NCBI GenBank assembly: GCA_049297395.1
Contig: JBAQUG010000497.1
Coordinates: 5,516-69,515, forward strand
DNA length: 64,000 nucleotides
Origin: Victivallales bacterium
Lineage (GTDB): Bacteria > Verrucomicrobiota > Lentisphaeria > Victivallales > GWF2-50-93
Reading direction: 5' to 3'
The notes beneath the pieces were generated by a model, which worked only from the letters and a program-made list of their open reading frames with translations, was not told the origin of the DNA and did no database searches. A program made the translations under genes and the position numbers. Below are positions 61,101 to 64,000 of the stretch, one piece after another (the stretch's first letter is position 1; each line of letters starts with the position of its first letter).

Positions 61101-62430
61101 CCCTGTGCCCGACCTGCTGGCTGATCACGCAGATCTGGATATTGTCCGAGGCGGCCCAGAAGACACTCTTCATATTCCTTGATTCATTTGATATGGGGAA
61201 TATTCCTCCTGTCTCGTAGGATTTGCTGTATGAACTGCTGCCTTCGACAAAGCCTCCGGTCTTCCTGTCGATCTGTATCAGGGGAACTGTAACCGAACGG
61301 CGCATGTCGTCCGGGAATTCCAGTTCTATGAGATAGGGTACGCCAGCTTCGGGAAGATCGAAACGATATGCAAATCCTGAATATGATCTGGGAATTTCCG
61401 TCGGGGTCAGAGGTACTTCGACATCGGCTCCGTAGCAGTTGTTGCTTTCACGGTATTTGCCGGCTTTCGACTCCGAAACCCGCGTGGCGCCGTTGCATTC
61501 CCAGTAGTTTTCACCGGTTACTACAGGCTTGCCGTCAATCGTATTCGCAACGCAGTCGATCACCCTCACAAGCGACGGTTTCCCACCCGGCCTCAAAGCT
61601 GCGTTTACATCGACAACAACAAATTCGCCGATCCTGAACTCGCTCGGACGCAGAAATTTTCCATTAGTCTCGGCCAGCAGTTCGAAGACCCCTTCCGCAG
61701 GACATTGAATTTCAACGGTCTTCTCAACGGGTTCAGCGCTTGGCTCGAAATTGACTGTCACGCCAGTAGCTTCAGGGGCGGCTTTCGGATCGAGCAGATT
61801 TGCCCTTAGCAGTTTGTAACTGGCTGCCGAATTTGTTCCTCCTCCCAGGACTTTGATCTTCAGTTTTTCTCCGGCCCTGACGACATCGATAATAGTTTTG
61901 GAGGCTGATACCGAAGCTTCCGGACGCTTTTCAGAAGATTTGAATTCCCACGCATCAAAGATTCCGTGCGGAAACGAGATCCTGCCTACGCGGCGGATGT
62001 TCATTTCGTGCTTTCCCTTTTTAAGGAACAGGTTTGCGGTTTTCGCAGTTTCCTTTGATATGAAATCCCCTTTGTCTCCCGAGCGTAGTTCGCCGGAACG
62101 GTATATGAAATTTCCATCTATGACAAGGTCATGCCCCATCTGGCCGAGAGGATTTTTCAGGAATAGCTCATACCATCCGTCGGCCGGAATATCGATATTG
62201 TAGGTGGTGTTCCAACCCTGCGGAGCCCCTTCCTTCGGCCAGGGCTGATCCCGCTTCGGTTCGCTGGTGAACGGACGTCCATCGCCCCACTCAACCTTTG
62301 TGAAGTCCCAGAAGCTCCCTGACATGCCGGATGCTGGAGATTCCTTCGGTTCGGCGGAGGCTTTTGATATGAGGACGGGAATTATAAACGCACCTACGAA
62401 AGCCGCAAGCATGAACTTATCCATTGGCAT
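58171..62430 (-). CDS. Giant secreted GH-like protein, paralog A4
   Basis: MPMDKFMLAAFVGAFIIPVLISKASAEP is the signal peptide. AAGGAG Shine-Dalgarno. Family blocks: FAYRFDLPEAGVPYLIELEFPDDMRR, AAASKINIYRF, HWGYGDWTMKQFEKETGVKVPVSNDDPDRFVKRFDFL, YFFYAVNR. Confidence 0.85.
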   Translation of the reverse strand: MPMDKFMLAAFVGAFIIPVLISKASAEPKESPASGMSGSFWDFTKVEWGDGRPFTSEPKRDQPWPKEGAPQGWNTTYNIDIPADGWYELFLKNPLGQMGHDLVIDGNFIYRSGELRSGDKGDFISKETAKTANLFLKKGKHEMNIRRVGRISFPHGIFDAWEFKSSEKRPEASVSASKTIIDVVRAGEKLKIKVLGGGTNSAASYKLLRANLLDPKAAPEATGVTVNFEPSAEPVEKTVEIQCPAEGVFELLAETNGKFLRPSEFRIGEFVVVDVNAALRPGGKPSLVRVIDCVANTIDGKPVVTGENYWECNGATRVSESKAGKYRESNNCYGADVEVPLTPTEIPRSYSGFAYRFDLPEAGVPYLIELEFPDDMRRSVTVPLIQIDRKTGGFVEGSSSYSKSYETGGIFPISNESRNMKSVFWAASDNIQICVISQQVGHRAAASKINIYRFDGELPATKVEWKNGRSAIHWYEEALSWRFLTNIHLTHRGAPQSVRAFIGLDRWARLVRYFGFNGITGLGVGYQEAFYRSQYLDGFLTSDFDETRLLALICEKYGMRYMPEVFPTQWYLNMVVLPKEVENPEDVRSVSCTGAMKGTGFAACDLNTFHPAIQTRWVNAMGELADKLRDSPAFEGICVRADAWLFRGDFNIPGLHWGYGDWTMKQFEKETGVKVPVSNDDPDRFVKRFDFLVSKDVKGKWMKWRSDKTMDYHLRIRDRIQDGRKDVNFIIAGDGDCDPCFKIPDGKKSRFYEMGIDLDRLKKTDGIAVMAVSRYGSRNTTSSEQAIYDGFFDPDNVASGFGKVRSFAAYMTYHELATYWPCDKLGVKGVKKGDMPYYCSAVLAAGRNSLEKFAVVLAEQDSAILRDGGNSDMFGDPGLWNEWFSEFESIPAVPFESVESARDPVAVWHSGKSDQLPVDGGQQNTNNQSLITNNYFFYAVNRERFPVEVKITLTGADSVTSTVNGKKTSLEKGCLNLTLQPYALRSFKTGKDAKIAEAKATVPEENMKALHERLAFSQQIAESITCGIRRNDVSEKLRAAYLKNLEQAWEAYRLGHVWRSRTALSMAPMMLVYEKISAMPEGQVITKFPGLLSPRKGDHWETDEGVTAAAGLMKMAAGTVPEKVPSTTYNAEWDGHEVLKSKNGTIEFDLDIPADGDYIFHLGHVAEGMGVTTASINGVSLAAPCITIQPGMPETAAFPRVSLKKGKNRLAIRRDGSFGVYGLKILPVLNPMPDMAWSTVGPFASYWGLHMAGRGPEGRFVKKGMDQKYPPEGKIDLSATYKDADGSERRWSTSSSSIVGKIGDLGVDMPVRTKSSSADFNYAVTFINSNEDRTALFYMGVDWWAKAFLNGEPITTNVKPEVKADCGSDFTTWSAVHWGVLKLKKGVNTLLVKQQGGSGGSAFSAYITDEKGITLSPKP
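58174..58722 (-). other. Shared C-terminal jelly-roll module, copy in A4
   Basis: WSTVGPFASYW...YPPEGKIDLSATYKDADGSERRW...INSNEDRTALFYMGVDWWAKAFLNGE...LKKGVNTLLVKQQGGSGGSAFSAYITD. Confidence 0.7.
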
Positions 62431-62467
62431 GACTCCTTGTTGCTACTTTGAATTTAAATTTTGTCCG

Positions 62468-62496
62468 AGTATATCACTATATCTCTATGGAGTCAA
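62468..62496 (-). promoter_or_regulatory. Sigma70-type promoter TTGACT-N17-TATACT with TG extended -10 (drives A4)
   Basis: The minus strand reads TTGACTccatagagatatagTGaTATACT. The spacer is 17 nt. The predicted TSS is near 62461, about 30 nt before ATG 62430. Confidence 0.7.
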
Positions 62497-62572
62497 ACGC
62501 AACCTGGGATTTTATTTGCGGAATAATTATGGAAAATGTGCTTTTACTCAGCTCCGACATTTCTTAAACAAT

Positions 62573-62595
62573 GTAGCACAGGCATCTTGCCTGTG
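62573..62595 (+). repeat. REP element (GTAG + CACAGGCA-tct-TGCCTGTG)
   Basis: aatGTAGCACAGGCATCTTGCCTGTG. It has the same consensus as 13797-13819. Confidence 0.75.
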
Positions 62596-62658
62596 ATTTT
62601 TTCTGACGTTTGGATTTTATTTTTTAAAAAAGTAACTCGGGCATTCCTGCCAGAAAGA

Positions 62659-62681
62659 CACAGGCAAGATGCCTGTGCTAC
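62659..62681 (-). repeat. REP element, inverted partner
   Basis: The + strand reads CACAGGCAAGATGCCTGTGCTAC(at). It forms an inverted doublet with 62573-62595, with a 63-nt spacer. Confidence 0.75.
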
Positions 62682-62728
62682 ATTCTCCCATTCCTCGAAA
62701 TTAAGATGGTACATGCTAAAGCACGTAC

Positions 62729-63784
62729 CTACTCCATCCCCGCCGCCTGCGGGGTATAGCCGCGCTCATGCAGGAGATCGTATATTTTTCCTATTACGGG
62801 CCCATTCTGCAGAATGCTGCCGAGGAACCACCAGTAGAGAGATGATTCTTCGGTCATGGCATCAAGGCAGTATTCGAAGAACTCAGCATCATCGGCGAAC
62901 TTGTGCCCCAGCCCGACCACGTCATGGTCCTTGTACATGCCCTCGGTCAGATGCAGCGCCAGCACTGCCGAACCGCTGAATTCGCGGATAAGGGTTGCCG
63001 GATCGTCTGAGTTGCCAGGATTCCAGTTGAACGCCCGGATGTTTTTCACCTGCCGGATATTGTCGAAATAAGGAGCGCGCCAAGTGCAGGAATGGTAGAA
63101 GAGAGGGCCGACCGCCTCCGCAATGCGGTTGACATAGGGAATGCTGAACTCCGCATGCATGGCGGGCGAGATCAAACTCATGGTGTCGTCAGCCAGCATG
63201 GTGCCTGACCCGGAACACCAGATCAGAGGGAATCCGCATGGATTGTACCTGTCGCCTGCCGCCTGCTGGATGAGGCGGATATATTCAATCTGGAACCTGG
63301 TGACCTTGTCCAGCAGTTCATGGATCGCTTCCGGATACTCGATCAGTGCCGTGTAGAAGGATTCATCCCACATCAGTTCGACAATTCCCAGAGGCGACTG
63401 GATATCCGGATTGCGCACACGGTCTCCCTGCGGAATGGTGCGGACCAGTTCGGCTGTCAGCTTGATGATTTCTCCAGTCCTTCCGTTGCGCGGATCTGGA
63501 ACCGCCAGTCCATGCACCTGCGCCGGATCGGTTATCAGCGGCTTTATCCATTCCTTGTCTTCGCTTATCTTTACAGGCTGGCATCCGAAAGCCAGCGGCG
63601 CGATGCAGGTGCTTCCTCCGCCACCGTGGGTACGGTATGGCGTCCAGTCCCAGAGAGGCATTGCATTCAAGCGTGCGCTCCTGGTTTCACCGCCATTGCC
63701 TGAATAGTAGCAGAACTTCTGTCTGGGATTGGCAAAAGCCTGTTCAAGACGTGATGCCATCTGTTCCCGGTTCCGAGCCGACAT
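62729..63784 (-). CDS. Uroporphyrinogen-decarboxylase (URO-D)/MtaA-like family protein (tentative); cytoplasmic
   Basis: The start at ATG 63784 (MSARNREQM) follows GGAGGA at 63791-63796. The TIM-like pattern ..MLADDTMSLISPAMHAEFSIPYVNRIAEAVGPLFYHSCTW..FDNIRQVKNIRAFNW.. resembles URO-D-like proteins (D..sp..f.ef..Py...i......H.CG). Weak, from memory only. Confidence 0.4.
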   Translation of the reverse strand: MSARNREQMASRLEQAFANPRQKFCYYSGNGGETRSARLNAMPLWDWTPYRTHGGGGSTCIAPLAFGCQPVKISEDKEWIKPLITDPAQVHGLAVPDPRNGRTGEIIKLTAELVRTIPQGDRVRNPDIQSPLGIVELMWDESFYTALIEYPEAIHELLDKVTRFQIEYIRLIQQAAGDRYNPCGFPLIWCSGSGTMLADDTMSLISPAMHAEFSIPYVNRIAEAVGPLFYHSCTWRAPYFDNIRQVKNIRAFNWNPGNSDDPATLIREFSGSAVLALHLTEGMYKDHDVVGLGHKFADDAEFFEYCLDAMTEESSLYWWFLGSILQNGPVIGKIYDLLHERGYTPQAAGME

Positions 63785-63889
63785 ATGATATCCTCCTGTT
63801 TTAGCGCATAAACTTATTTTCAACAATATCAATACAAGTAGTATCAATATGAGCTGATTGCAAAAATATAAAAAACTGTTGCCGATTAA

Positions 63890-63913
63890 GTAGGGCGGTC
63901 ATTCTTGGCCGCC
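63890..63913 (+). repeat. GTAG-headed hairpin (REP-like): GTAG-GGCGGTC-attctt-GGCCGCC
   Basis: Read directly. The stem is 7 bp including one G-U pair. The format matches 11839-11864. Confidence 0.45.
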
Positions 63914-64000
63914 ATCTTGTCGGGATGTTCCTGAGAGCAGGTACGTGCCCTGGTCGCCTATGGCGCCGCCGCAGGCGGGTAAACTTTTATTGGCCTTTCG

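Noticed and set aside
62536-62979. 147-aa + ORF spanning the REP doublet and the 3' end of the URO-D-like gene.
   Set aside because: It translates the REP hairpins (..ERHRQDACATF..) and is antisense to a better-supported gene.
1-64000. CRISPR arrays, rRNA or tRNA genes, transposases, integrases, phage genes, secondary-metabolite cores.
   Set aside because: I scanned the ORF translations and the intergenic regions. I found no repeat-spacer periodicity, no DDE, tyrosine or serine recombinase motifs, and no T-loop/acceptor structures.

Overview
This window is a dense carbohydrate-degradation supercluster. It probably comes from a PVC-superphylum genome (Lentisphaerota, Kiritimatiellota or Verrucomicrobiota type). 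That placement is inferred from four DUF1559-type pseudopilin genes, a sulfatase and the heavy CAZyme load. I support about 31 protein genes and found no rRNA, tRNA, CRISPR array, transposase or integrase.

Gene content:
- Five giant paralogous secreted GH-like proteins of 1390-1690 aa, called A1-A5 here.
- GH29 fucosidase, GH116, a GH39-like clan GH-A enzyme, a GH95-like enzyme and a GH36-like enzyme.
- A heparinase II/III-like lyase, a CE7 esterase, a Cys-type S1 sulfatase and a PHP-type metallohydrolase.
- A LamG protein, an NHL beta-propeller, and a GH-A-like protein with a CBM9-like domain.
- Four regulators (two LacI, one GntR-PBP hybrid, one AraC) and one vapBC toxin-antitoxin pair.

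Most interesting signals:
1. The A1-A5 family has a core I cannot place in a named GH family.
2. A jelly-roll module of about 150-185 aa is reused on seven otherwise different proteins.
3. All four pseudopilin genes are the first gene of a CAZyme operon, a PUL-like logic without SusC/D.
4. An NHL propeller is a separate gene after A1 but is fused to the C-terminus of A3.
5. Three operons carry near-identical consensus promoters, TTGAC(A/T)-N17-TGATATACT.
6. There are GTAG-headed REP hairpins in inverted pairs and a second structured intergenic repeat.
7. GC content is strongly mosaic inside operons.

All family names come from motif recognition by eye. No database search was possible.
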